DNA of 64,000 bases from Patescibacteria group bacterium (GTDB taxonomy: Bacteria; Patescibacteriota; Patescibacteriia; Magasanikbacterales; GWA2-37-8). Under the pieces are notes generated by a model. The model worked only from the letters and a program-made list of their open reading frames with translations, was not told the DNA's origin and searched no databases. Where the stretch lies: positions 264,612 to 328,611 of the forward strand of contig JBAZNA010000001.1 of NCBI GenBank assembly GCA_041649475.1, given 5' to 3'. Numbering within the stretch: the stretch's first letter is position 1; each line of letters begins with the position of its first letter. This document shows, in pieces, positions 19,798 through 28,958 of this stretch. Made by a program: the position numbers and the translations under genes.

Positions 19798-20985
19798 ATG
19801 GGATTTTCAGACAAATTACGCGGTTTTTTCGGTAGTTCAAATCCGGATGCAAGCTCTTCTAAAGGACCCGAAAAGGTAAAAAATCGGGCAGATTTTAAAG
19901 TTGAAAAAACCGGAGAATTTGGCATAGAGTCGCTAGAAACCAATCCCGAACTGGAGCTTTCTCTTGATGTCTCTAAGCCCATATCCAAAGGAAAAGAACA
20001 GGCAGGATGGAGAAATCAAGATCGGGTAAAATCAGATGGCCGGGTAACGGTGTTGTGTGACGGCTTGGGTTCATCAGAGGCCGGTGATGCGGCGGCTGAA
20101 GCCGCTTCCAATAAAATTGCCGAACATTTGAATATGGGGGTGGAAGACAGAAAAAAAGAGCCGGTGATGGGGCGTAAATTATCGGTTTTAAGAGCAATGA
20201 GAATGGCCGATGCTTTGCGGGCCGGTGATGCGGCGGTGGCGCTAAGCAATGCTGTGGAAAATCAAAAATCAAAGACAACTGCCGTTGCTTTTGAAGTGGT
20301 TGTTGACGTTGAGGAAGACGGGACAAAAAATTCAAAATTAATTGTCGGCAGTGTCGGCGATAGCCGGGTGAGTATATTTAGAAAAGGGGAAGGGCTGAAA
20401 CAAATTACCGAAGATGATTCCTATCTCAAAGCTTTATTTGCGGCGCTGCATATTAAAGTTGATATGAACGATAAAGCGATTCAGCATAAAATATTACGTG
20501 AATTTTTAAAAGAAAGTGGAGTACAGATCGGGCAGGCCTTAGATGCGGAATTAAACAAAGCGTGGTCCACCCAAAAGGTTGGCGGGAAAGATGTTCCTTT
20601 GACGGTTGGTGAATCAACAATTGGAAAAGCCAGAACAGGGATTATGGGCAAAGCGTTAGAGGGTACAGGGCATCAGCCCAGCGTTAAGGTGGTTGATTTG
20701 CGCGAAGGAGATATTATTTTAGGATATACCGATGGTTTATCTGACGGTGCTGAAAATAATGAAATCGCGCAAGTGTTGGAAGCGAACAGCGATAAAAGTT
20801 CCGATGAAATTGCGCAACTACTTCTGAAATTAGGCCTGCGTAAACAAGCGGAGGGCGCCAGCAAAAACGATGATGTCAGTATTGAAGTCGTAAAATATCA
20901 AGGCCTAAGCCAAAAGGTGGAAGAACTCTCCGATGAGGATTTAATTGAAGAATTAGACGATAAAGATTTGGAAGAAGTCGCCTAA
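19798..20985 (+). CDS. PP2C-family Ser/Thr protein phosphatase-like protein (ATG start chosen; the ORF track extends to a TTG at 19777)
   Basis: PP2C motifs R.NQD, LCDGLGSSEAG, VGSVGDSR, GYTDGLSD and DDVSIEVV. Confidence 0.75.
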   Translation: MGFSDKLRGFFGSSNPDASSSKGPEKVKNRADFKVEKTGEFGIESLETNPELELSLDVSKPISKGKEQAGWRNQDRVKSDGRVTVLCDGLGSSEAGDAAAEAASNKIAEHLNMGVEDRKKEPVMGRKLSVLRAMRMADALRAGDAAVALSNAVENQKSKTTAVAFEVVVDVEEDGTKNSKLIVGSVGDSRVSIFRKGEGLKQITEDDSYLKALFAALHIKVDMNDKAIQHKILREFLKESGVQIGQALDAELNKAWSTQKVGGKDVPLTVGESTIGKARTGIMGKALEGTGHQPSVKVVDLREGDIILGYTDGLSDGAENNEIAQVLEANSDKSSDEIAQLLLKLGLRKQAEGASKNDDVSIEVVKYQGLSQKVEELSDEDLIEELDDKDLEEVA

Positions 20986-20987
20986 CC

Positions 20988-21016
20988 TTGACTAAAAAAA
21001 CCGTTTAGTATATAAT
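20988..21016 (+). promoter_or_regulatory. Sigma70-type promoter of the rpsB-tsf operon (TTGACT-17-TATAAT), followed by a ~100-nt leader
   Basis: Consensus hexamers with 17-nt spacing read directly. Confidence 0.6.
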
Positions 21017-21120
21017 GCTTTCATAATTTAATCACTCATTCAGCAAACTTTTTCCTCCCTTGAGCCGCTGTCCGCGGACTTCCGGGGTAAGCTGAAGAGG
21101 AAGTAATAAGGAAAATATCT

Positions 21121-21921
21121 ATGGCTAAAATGCCAACATTATTGGAAATGCTGAAGGCCGGAGTTCACTTCGGTCATCAGAAATCACGCTGGCACCCGAA
21201 AATGAAAGATAATATTTTCGGCGTGAGAAACGGCGTACATATAATCAATCTGGAAAAAACCCAGGAGGAGCTGGAAAAAGCTCTGGAATATGTAAAAACT
21301 CTGGCAAGCAAGGGCCAGGTTATTTTATTTGTAGGCACTAAGAGGCAGGCCCGTGAAATAATCAAGCAGGCGGCGGAAAGCTGCGGTATGCCATATTTGG
21401 TGGAGCGTTGGATTGGCGGACTCTTAACCAACTTTGATGAGGTTAAGCGCAGATTAAAAAAATATAATAATCTGAAAGAGCAATTTGCGACCGGTGAAAT
21501 TGAACGCTATACCAAAAAAGAGCAGGTTAATTTGAAAAAACAATTGGAAAAAATGGATAAATATTTGATCGGTTTGGCTAAAATGGAAAAAATGCCGGAT
21601 GCCCTATACATTGCCGACATGCGTACCGAAAAAACTGCTTTGGCTGAAACCCAGAGGACTGAAGTGCCGGTGGTGGCGGTTTGTGACACCAATACTGATC
21701 CGACCAAAGTCAATTATGCTATTCCGGCCAATGACGATGCCGTGAATTCCATTAAGATGATTGCTGATGCGATTGCCGAAGCCGTTAACGAAGGCAAAAC
21801 CAAGTGGGATAAAGATAAAGCCGAACGGACTGCCGCGGCCGTGAAAGAAAAAGAAGAAAAGAAAACTACAGAACCGGCCAAAAAAGAAAGACGGGCGCTT
21901 AAAAAAGAAGAAGCAGTTTAA
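21121..21921 (+). CDS. rpsB: 30S ribosomal protein S2
   Basis: MLKAGVHFGHQ..RW.PKM...IFG.RN..HIINL.KT is canonical uS2. Confidence 0.95.
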   Translation: MAKMPTLLEMLKAGVHFGHQKSRWHPKMKDNIFGVRNGVHIINLEKTQEELEKALEYVKTLASKGQVILFVGTKRQAREIIKQAAESCGMPYLVERWIGGLLTNFDEVKRRLKKYNNLKEQFATGEIERYTKKEQVNLKKQLEKMDKYLIGLAKMEKMPDALYIADMRTEKTALAETQRTEVPVVAVCDTNTDPTKVNYAIPANDDAVNSIKMIADAIAEAVNEGKTKWDKDKAERTAAAVKEKEEKKTTEPAKKERRALKKEEAV

Positions 21922-21948
21922 AATTATAAATTATAACGACTAAGGAGT

Positions 21949-22815
21949 ATGACAAACATTACCGCCACAGATGTGGCAAAACTTCGTTCACAAACCGGCG
22001 CCGGGATGATGGATTGTAAGAAAGCTCTTGAGGAAGCGGGCGGTGATATGGATGTGGCCGCTGATATCCTGCGAAAAAAAGGTATTACCAAAGCCGCCAA
22101 AAGAGCGGACAAAGTGGCGTCTGAAGGTTTGGTATATGGTTTAAGCACCGGAAAGGTTGGTGCTTTGGTTGAGGTTAACAGCGAAACGGATTTTGTGGCC
22201 AATGGAGAAGATTTTATAAATTTCACTAAAGCAGTTACCCAAGCAGTGGTTGATAACAATGTAAACAGTGTTGAAGCGCTTTCTGCTGTAAAACTTCCGT
22301 CAGGCCAGACCGTTTCTGAAACTCTTAACGCTCTGACCTTAAAATTGGGAGAAAAAATGAATATCCGCCGAATCGCCAGATTTGAAGGCGATTTGATTTC
22401 GGTTTATCTGCATGGCACCAAAATCGGGGTGATGGTTGAGCTATCCGGCGGAGATGTGGCTTTAGGATCTGAAATCGCCATGCATATTGCCGCTGCCAAC
22501 CCAAAATACTTAACCAGAAGCGAAGTGCCAACTGAAGTGCTTGATAAAGAAAAAGAAATCTATGCTGAACAACTGCGTCAGCAAGGCAAGCCGGATAATA
22601 TCATTGAAAACATCCTGAAAGGTAAAATGGACAAGTTTTACGGTGAAATTTGTCTGCCGGAACAGCCGTTTATCAAAGATGAAGAAAAGACAATTCAAAA
22701 ATTATTAACTGAAAAAGGCGCAAAGGTTAAAAAATTTGTGCGTTATGAATTAGGCGAGGGGATTGAAAAAATTGCGAAGAATTTTGCTGATGAAGTGGCG
22801 GAGCAGATGGGATAA
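21949..22815 (+). CDS. tsf: Elongation factor Ts
   Basis: VAKLRSQTGAGMMDCKKAL.EAGGDMD.A...LRKKG EF-Ts N-terminus. Confidence 0.95.
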   Translation: MTNITATDVAKLRSQTGAGMMDCKKALEEAGGDMDVAADILRKKGITKAAKRADKVASEGLVYGLSTGKVGALVEVNSETDFVANGEDFINFTKAVTQAVVDNNVNSVEALSAVKLPSGQTVSETLNALTLKLGEKMNIRRIARFEGDLISVYLHGTKIGVMVELSGGDVALGSEIAMHIAAANPKYLTRSEVPTEVLDKEKEIYAEQLRQQGKPDNIIENILKGKMDKFYGEICLPEQPFIKDEEKTIQKLLTEKGAKVKKFVRYELGEGIEKIAKNFADEVAEQMG

Positions 22816-22832
22816 ACCAAAAAAGTTATCCA

Positions 22833-22858
22833 CAGGGCCTTACCGGCCCTGTTTTTTT
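22833..22858 (+). terminator. tsf intrinsic terminator (CAGGGCC-TTACC-GGCCCTG then T7), directly abutting an extended -10 (TGcTATAAT, 22860-22868)
   Basis: Read directly. Confidence 0.7.
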
Positions 22859-22934
22859 GTGCTATAATACTGGCGTCGACTCCGCCAAGGAGTAAAAGTT
22901 TTTTAAAATTTTAATAATTTAATAAAATAAACTT

Positions 22935-24614
22935 ATGAGAATATCATGGTTAAAAAATTTAATACCTGCTTTTTTGTTGGTGGGTGTTTTAGGTTTTTTA
23001 TTTTTTCTAATCAACGGTGCTGTTGCGGCTCCAGTTGCTCCCAGAAGTCCAACCTCAACTGTCGTGTCAGCACAGTCCATTTCTCTTACTTGGAGTACAA
23101 CCACTGCCGATAGTGGACAATATTGGGTTCTACGCAGAGCCACGTCTTCGGTAGGAGTGGGTGGTATAACACACGTAGCCACTTCTTCTACAAGCACAGT
23201 TAGCTATACATTTACGGGATTAGCCACTAACACTTTATATTTTTTAGCCGTAGCTTCCGGTGATACTACAGCCGCCACTTCATCTTACGCCACTTCCAGC
23301 GCGGTTTACACCTGGGCCGCTACCCCGGGCACTCCCACAGTAACCTCTTCGGCTGCTACCTCTTTAACCATTACTATTAATCCGACGAGCAACCCCACAA
23401 CCGCTTCCACTACCTATGTGGTGCATGATGCGGTAGCTCATAAATTTTTACAGGCTGACTCTTCCTGGGGCACGGCCACTACTACTCTTACCTATACTCA
23501 ACTCGGCGGAGCATCAGGCACCACCACCGCTGCCACTGCCAATGCTCACTACACCATCAGTGTAGCGGCGGTCAATGGTGACAGTTCGGCTACCACCAGC
23601 TATAGCACCGCGGCCAGTACATACGTAGTTGTCAGTACTCCCTCATCAGCGGCTGTGACTGCGGCTGCTAATGGCTTTACCTTTTCCTGGACCGGCGATT
23701 CTGGTTCTGAATTTTATGCCGAAGATGAAACCGGCGCTACCAATAGCGGCTGGACCACAGATACGTCTTATGTGGTTAGCGGTGTAAACTGCGGCACTGC
23801 TCACACCTTCAGAGTCAAAGCCAGAAACAGCGATACCACCGAATCCGGCTGGTCTTCTGAAGTTAGCGCTACAACCAACGCTTGTGGTGGCGGTGTTGTA
23901 ACTGGCGGCGGCGGAGGCAGTGGATCTTCAAGCAATATAGCAATACCAAATGTTCCGGTTTCCAATCTAGCTGCGGCTCAAGCCGCGGCCACAGCCGCCG
24001 GCTGTCCGGCTCTTTCTGCCGGTGACATGGTTAAGGTAACCGGCAAAGCAGCCATCTACTCCATAAACAGCAATCTCCAGGTTCTCTATTTCCCTTCTGG
24101 AGATGAATTCAAGAGTTGGAATGTTGACAACAGCTATGGCGGCTACAAATCAGTCAGCCAAACCTGTTTTGATGCCCTGTCTGTCCCGTCAAGCTATCCG
24201 GGCGCTGTCAATTACCGCCCTGGCTCATATATCGTCAAGAGACCGTCTTCTGACCAGTTATACGTGGTAGAACCGGGCAATGCTCTGGCTACAATCAGCG
24301 TTGCTGACGCCAAAGCCCTCTATGGCGACAGCTACAAGGTAATGACTGTAGCTGATCCGTTCTGGCCGCATTACATCAATCGCGGTTCGGCTATCTCCGG
24401 CGCTGCCCATCAAGGCATGTTAATCAGCAAAGACACTAAAACCTGGTATGTTGATGCCGGCAATGTCCTGCGTGAAGTGACTGCTAACGGCATGACTGCC
24501 AATAGATTCAAGACCAACTTTGTCCATACCGTTGCTGATTCGTATTTGACCGGGTTTACGACTGGGTCGCTCATAAATGATGTCCTATCATCTCTAAGCG
24601 ATAGAACCCAATAA
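22935..24614 (+). CDS. Secreted Thr/Ser/Ala-rich cell-surface protein with repeated fibronectin-III-like modules and a globular C-terminal domain
   Basis: N-terminal signal/anchor. Repeats of the type ATS.TSTSLT..W......Y.V....; Thr+Ser+Ala+Gly exceed 50% of residues. A Gly-rich linker (GGGVVTGGGGGSGSS) precedes the C-terminal domain. Confidence 0.6.
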   Translation: MRISWLKNLIPAFLLVGVLGFLFFLINGAVAAPVAPRSPTSTVVSAQSISLTWSTTTADSGQYWVLRRATSSVGVGGITHVATSSTSTVSYTFTGLATNTLYFLAVASGDTTAATSSYATSSAVYTWAATPGTPTVTSSAATSLTITINPTSNPTTASTTYVVHDAVAHKFLQADSSWGTATTTLTYTQLGGASGTTTAATANAHYTISVAAVNGDSSATTSYSTAASTYVVVSTPSSAAVTAAANGFTFSWTGDSGSEFYAEDETGATNSGWTTDTSYVVSGVNCGTAHTFRVKARNSDTTESGWSSEVSATTNACGGGVVTGGGGGSGSSSNIAIPNVPVSNLAAAQAAATAAGCPALSAGDMVKVTGKAAIYSINSNLQVLYFPSGDEFKSWNVDNSYGGYKSVSQTCFDALSVPSSYPGAVNYRPGSYIVKRPSSDQLYVVEPGNALATISVADAKALYGDSYKVMTVADPFWPHYINRGSAISGAAHQGMLISKDTKTWYVDAGNVLREVTANGMTANRFKTNFVHTVADSYLTGFTTGSLINDVLSSLSDRTQ

Positions 24615-24631
24615 AATCAAGACAAACAATT

Positions 24632-24660
24632 ACACCCAGCCATTGCGCTGGGTGTTTTTG
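24632..24660 (+). terminator. Intrinsic terminator (ACACCCAGC-CATTGC-GCTGGGTGT then T5), directly followed by an extended -10 (TGcTATAAT at 24663-24671)
   Basis: Read directly. Same terminator/extended -10 junction architecture as at 22833-22868. Confidence 0.65.
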
Positions 24661-24706
24661 TCTGCTATAATTTCCTTAGGAATTTAAGATTAATCTTCTA
24701 TAATTT

Positions 24707-25015
24707 ATGGACAAAAAATTACTCGGCCGTTCGTTTATTCACGCCCTATTGGCATTTGCCTATATTTTTTGCATTGGTCTGTTCTTTAATCATGCCGAAC
24801 AAATTTTTCCCAGAGAACCGGATATATTGATACCGGTGGTCATGTTATTACTCTTCGTATTATCGGCTGCAATCATGGGTATCCTGATTTTTGGCAAACC
24901 CGTCATGATGTATTTGGATAATCAAAAAAAGGATGCACTGAAACTTCTGGGTTACACGGTTGGTTGGATAGCTTTTTTCCTTTTAGCCGTAATTATATTT
25001 GTTTTCTTATTTTAA
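24707..25015 (+). CDS. Hypothetical small membrane protein (3 TM)
   Basis: Hydrophobic segments only. Confidence 0.45.
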   Translation: MDKKLLGRSFIHALLAFAYIFCIGLFFNHAEQIFPREPDILIPVVMLLLFVLSAAIMGILIFGKPVMMYLDNQKKDALKLLGYTVGWIAFFLLAVIIFVFLF

Positions 25016-25030
25016 TAAATATTCAGTTTT

Positions 25031-26026
25031 ATGAATCTCGCCATCAACGGTTTCGGCCGTATCGGCCGGCAGGCGTTTAAGGTCGCCATTTTGAAAAAAG
25101 GCATCAAAATTGTCGCCATCAACGATTTAACGGACACAAAGACACTGGCGCATCTTTTAAAATATGACACGGCTTATGGTCATTATGATTTGCCGGTCAG
25201 TTTTGATGAGAAAAATTTAATTGTCAAAGGCCAAAAAATTCCGGTGTTGGCGGAAAAAGATCCAACGCAGTTGCCATGGGCAAAAATGAAAGTGGATGTG
25301 GTTTTGGAATGCACAGGCCGGTTTACCAAAAAAGAAGACGCGGAAATGCATATAAAAGCGGGCGCTAAAAAGGTTATTTTAAGCGCGCCGGCCAAGGGCG
25401 GCGGCGTGCCCACTTATGTGCGCGGAGTAAACTGTGCAAAAGTTGGCAAGGAAGCGGCTAAAGTTATTAATAACGCATCCTGTACCACCAATTGCATTGC
25501 GCCGGTGATGGCGGTTTTGCAGGAAACTTTTGGAATTGAAAAGGCGTTTATGAGCACCGTGCACGGTTATACCGCTGACCAGAATTTGCAGGACGGACCG
25601 CACAAAGATTTGCGCCGGGCGCGGGCAGCTGCGGAAAACATCGTGCCGACCACTACAGGCGCAGCCAAAGCCGTAGGCGAGGCCATGCCAACAGTGCAGG
25701 GGATTTTTGACGGGCTGGCTTTTCGCGTGCCAGTTCCGACCTGTTCTTTGTCAGATATTACCGCGGTCTTAAAAAAGAAAGTGACTAAAGAAGAAATAAA
25801 TAAGGCCCTGATTGAGGCCTCCAAAACTGAAAGATTTGCCGGAATTTTAACAACCACCGTTGAGGAGTTGGTTTCTTCAGATTTTGTGGGCAATACCCAT
25901 TCTTCAATTATTGATTTGGGTCTGACCAATGTGGTTGGCGGAAATTTGGTGAAAGTCGTGGCTTGGTATGATAATGAGGCGGGCTATGCGAACCGGTTGG
26001 TGGAAATGGCGGAGTTGTACGCGTAA
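25031..26026 (+). CDS. gap: Glyceraldehyde-3-phosphate dehydrogenase
   Basis: INGFGRIGR Rossmann motif and catalytic ASCTTNCIAPV. Confidence 0.95.
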   Translation: MNLAINGFGRIGRQAFKVAILKKGIKIVAINDLTDTKTLAHLLKYDTAYGHYDLPVSFDEKNLIVKGQKIPVLAEKDPTQLPWAKMKVDVVLECTGRFTKKEDAEMHIKAGAKKVILSAPAKGGGVPTYVRGVNCAKVGKEAAKVINNASCTTNCIAPVMAVLQETFGIEKAFMSTVHGYTADQNLQDGPHKDLRRARAAAENIVPTTTGAAKAVGEAMPTVQGIFDGLAFRVPVPTCSLSDITAVLKKKVTKEEINKALIEASKTERFAGILTTTVEELVSSDFVGNTHSSIIDLGLTNVVGGNLVKVVAWYDNEAGYANRLVEMAELYA

Positions 26027-26035
26027 TTTATAAAT

Positions 26036-27427
26036 ATGAGAATTTTATCAACCGAAACAGTAAAAAAAGTTGGTGAGGAGGTTTTACTATGTGGATGGAT
26101 CAATGCCCGGAGAAACATGGGCAAGATTGTGTTTTTTGATTTGCGCGACCGGAGTGGAATCGTGCAAGTGGTTTGTGTGCCGAGTGAGTTGGATGAGAAA
26201 TCTTTAGAAGACGTGAAAAAAGCGCGAATGGAATATTGTATTGAGATAAAAGGCGTGGTGCAGGAGAGGGGAGAAAAACAAAAAAATCCTGATCTGACCA
26301 CAGGAAACGTAGAGGTGCTGGCTAAGTCGGTTTCTGTTTTAAATGAATCAGAGGCGATGCCATTTGATGTCAGCGCCGACACGAAAGAAGTAAACGAAGA
26401 TCTGCGCATGAAATATCGCTATTTGGATATCAGATCAGAAAGGATGCAGAAAAATTTGCGTTTGCGCGACAAGGTGACAACCTTCTTCAGAAAATACATG
26501 CATGACAACGATTTTGTTGAAGTTGAGACACCTATTCTGATGAAAGGCACACCGGAGGGCTCAAGAGAGTATGTTGTGCCTTCAAGATTACATACTGGAA
26601 AATTTTATGTCCTGCCTCAATCTCCGCAACAATTTAAACAATTGTTAATGGTGGGTGGAATGGAGAGATACTTTCAGATTGCCAGATGTTTTAGGGATGA
26701 AGACCAGCGCGGTGACCGTCAGCCGGAATTTACGCAATTGGATTTTGAAATGTCATTTGTTACCCAGGAAGACATCTTAAAATATACCGAAGCCATGTTT
26801 ATTGAAATGATAAAAAGTGTTACGCCGGAAAAACACATTTCCAAGACGCCATTTCCGCGCTTAACTTATAAGGAATCAATGGATAAATACGGCAGTGATA
26901 AGCCGGATTTAAGAAAAGATAAGAACGATCCAAATGAATTGGCCTTCTGTTGGATTCTGGACTTTCCGATGTTTGAAAAAGATGAAGAAGGGAACATTCA
27001 GGCAATGCACCATCCTTTTTGTTCGGTGAAAGAAGAAGATAAAAAATTATTGGACAAAGATCCAATGAAGGTTCGGGCTGATTCTTATGATTTGGTTTTA
27101 AACGGTTATGAACTTTCAAGCGGCAGTATCAGGATTCATCAGAGAGAATTACAGAAGAAGATTTTTGACATTCTAAAAATCAGTGAAGAGGAACAAAAAA
27201 AGCGTTTTGGGCATATGCTTGAGGCCTTTACCTTTGGCGCGCCTCCGCATGGCGGATTTGCGCCGGGGATTGACAGAATTGTCATGCTTTTAACCAATGA
27301 ACCCAATATCCGCGAAGTTATTGCTTTCCCGAAAACCGGGGATGCCAGAGATCTGATGATGGACGCGCCGTCCGAACTGCCGGAAAAGGCCCTGAAGGAA
27401 GCGCATATAAAAATTGATAAGAAATAG
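26036..27427 (+). CDS. aspS: Aspartyl-tRNA synthetase, bacterial-type catalytic core but lacking the GAD insertion domain (463 aa)
   Basis: FYVLPQSPQQFKQLLMVGGMERYFQIARCFRDEDQRGDRQPEFTQLDFEMSF is class II motif 2 of bacterial AspRS. The sequence runs straight from DKPDLR into WILDFPMF...MHHPF, where E. coli carries a ~130-aa GAD domain. Confidence 0.85.
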   Translation: MRILSTETVKKVGEEVLLCGWINARRNMGKIVFFDLRDRSGIVQVVCVPSELDEKSLEDVKKARMEYCIEIKGVVQERGEKQKNPDLTTGNVEVLAKSVSVLNESEAMPFDVSADTKEVNEDLRMKYRYLDIRSERMQKNLRLRDKVTTFFRKYMHDNDFVEVETPILMKGTPEGSREYVVPSRLHTGKFYVLPQSPQQFKQLLMVGGMERYFQIARCFRDEDQRGDRQPEFTQLDFEMSFVTQEDILKYTEAMFIEMIKSVTPEKHISKTPFPRLTYKESMDKYGSDKPDLRKDKNDPNELAFCWILDFPMFEKDEEGNIQAMHHPFCSVKEEDKKLLDKDPMKVRADSYDLVLNGYELSSGSIRIHQRELQKKIFDILKISEEEQKKRFGHMLEAFTFGAPPHGGFAPGIDRIVMLLTNEPNIREVIAFPKTGDARDLMMDAPSELPEKALKEAHIKIDKK

Positions 27428-27716
27428 TATGGTCTTTTCTTCCCTCCAGCAACACGTAATCAAAATATGTTATGGCAGGGACAAGGTTGACCGAAAAATT
27501 TTTGCTGATTTTTACGGGGGGAAAAACATTAAAGAAACGGCGCGGACAAAAATAATCACGAAGAGTTTGGAACGATTGATTGATAAGGGTTTGCTGGTGG
27601 GCTACGGCGTGCGCACACCGAAAAAATGGTTTATCAAGGAAGTACGCGTCACCAAACAGGGCAAAAAAATTTGGGAAAAGTGGCTAAACAGAAAACAAAG
27701 AAAATTAGCGGTTTAA
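27414..27716 (+). CDS. Hypothetical small basic protein, possible winged-helix DNA-binding protein (start possibly 27429)
   Basis: No confident family; SLERLIDKGLLV-type helix. Confidence 0.35.
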   Translation: MIRNSMVFSSLQQHVIKICYGRDKVDRKIFADFYGGKNIKETARTKIITKSLERLIDKGLLVGYGVRTPKKWFIKEVRVTKQGKKIWEKWLNRKQRKLAV

Positions 27717-27730
27717 ATGTGGTCTAAATT

Positions 27731-28423
27731 ATGCCGGATTTTAAGCTGGAAAAGTTTGAAGGTCCGTTGGACTTTTTGCTTCAGCTCCTGGATGAACAAA
27801 AATTAAATATTTCGGAAATCGCTCTTTCACAGGTGACAGAGCAATTTTTTTCTTATCTGGATAAACTTGAAGAAAACCGATCCGAAGAATTGGCGGATTT
27901 TTTGGTGATTGCCGCCCGCCTTATTTACACCAAGTCCCACCACCTGTTAAATTATTTGTATCCGGAAGAAGAGGAATCCGGCCCCAGTTTGGCGGATCAG
28001 CTCAAGATGTACAAAAAATATATTGAAGCCAGCAAAGATATTAACAGATTATGGTCAGCTGGCAGAATTGCTTATGGCCGCATTGAACCGCCAATTAAGA
28101 TAAAGGAATTTGTTTTGCCGATAAACACGCAGTTAACCAATTTGCATTCGGCCATGACGGCTTTGGTGAGTCGTCTAAAGCCGCTTCAACCTTTGCCACA
28201 GGTGACTATAGATCACACGATCTCAATTAAACAAAAAATAGACAGCATCAGGGAATTGCTCCGAAATACCAAGCAATTTAATTTCAGCGAGATGCTTGCC
28301 GGAGCAAAAAACAAGACGGAAATCATCGCCAATTTTTTGGCCATACTGGAACTGATAAAAGATAAGTTTGTTTTCATAAAACAAGATCAGGCCTTTGCTG
28401 ATTTAATAATCAAAAAAGTGTAG
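27731..28423 (+). CDS. scpA: Segregation and condensation protein A
   Basis: F.GPLDFLLQLLDEQKLNISEIALSQVTEQF ScpA N-terminus; immediately followed by scpB. Confidence 0.85.
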   Translation: MPDFKLEKFEGPLDFLLQLLDEQKLNISEIALSQVTEQFFSYLDKLEENRSEELADFLVIAARLIYTKSHHLLNYLYPEEEESGPSLADQLKMYKKYIEASKDINRLWSAGRIAYGRIEPPIKIKEFVLPINTQLTNLHSAMTALVSRLKPLQPLPQVTIDHTISIKQKIDSIRELLRNTKQFNFSEMLAGAKNKTEIIANFLAILELIKDKFVFIKQDQAFADLIIKKV

Positions 28424-28424
28424 T

Positions 28425-28958
28425 ATGTCTATTTTATCAAAATTGGAATCAATTTTATTTGTGGCGTCAAAACCTCTGGCTCTGAAAAAAATCGCCGCGG
28501 TTTTAGGCGCGAATGAATCGGAAGTAAGTTCGGCGATTGACCAGTTGCGTTTGAAATACAATAATCAAAATTCAGGGATCATTATAATGCAAAACGGCCA
28601 GGAAGTGCAAATGATGGCCAGTCCGGATAATCGTGAAGTCGCCGAGAATTTTATGAAATCCGAAGTGTCAGGTGAGCTTACCCGTCCGCAACTGGAAACT
28701 TTAACCGTTATCTCTTATTGCGGACCGATAACCAAGCCGGAGCTTGAACAAATCAGGGGCGTAAATTGCGGACTTATTTTGCGGAATCTGATGTTGCGGG
28801 GGCTGATAAAAGAAGCCGATAGCGGCTTGAATTTACTGCCGACCTATGAAGCGACGATGGATTATTTAAAGCACTTGGGAATAACCAGCTTAACAGAATT
28901 GCCGGACTATGATAAGCTCCATAATCATCCGTATTTGACGAATGAAGCGATATGTTAG
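28425..28958 (+). CDS. scpB: Segregation and condensation protein B
   Basis: LESILFVASKPL....IA.VL winged-helix tandem typical of ScpB. Confidence 0.85.
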   Translation: MSILSKLESILFVASKPLALKKIAAVLGANESEVSSAIDQLRLKYNNQNSGIIIMQNGQEVQMMASPDNREVAENFMKSEVSGELTRPQLETLTVISYCGPITKPELEQIRGVNCGLILRNLMLRGLIKEADSGLNLLPTYEATMDYLKHLGITSLTELPDYDKLHNHPYLTNEAIC

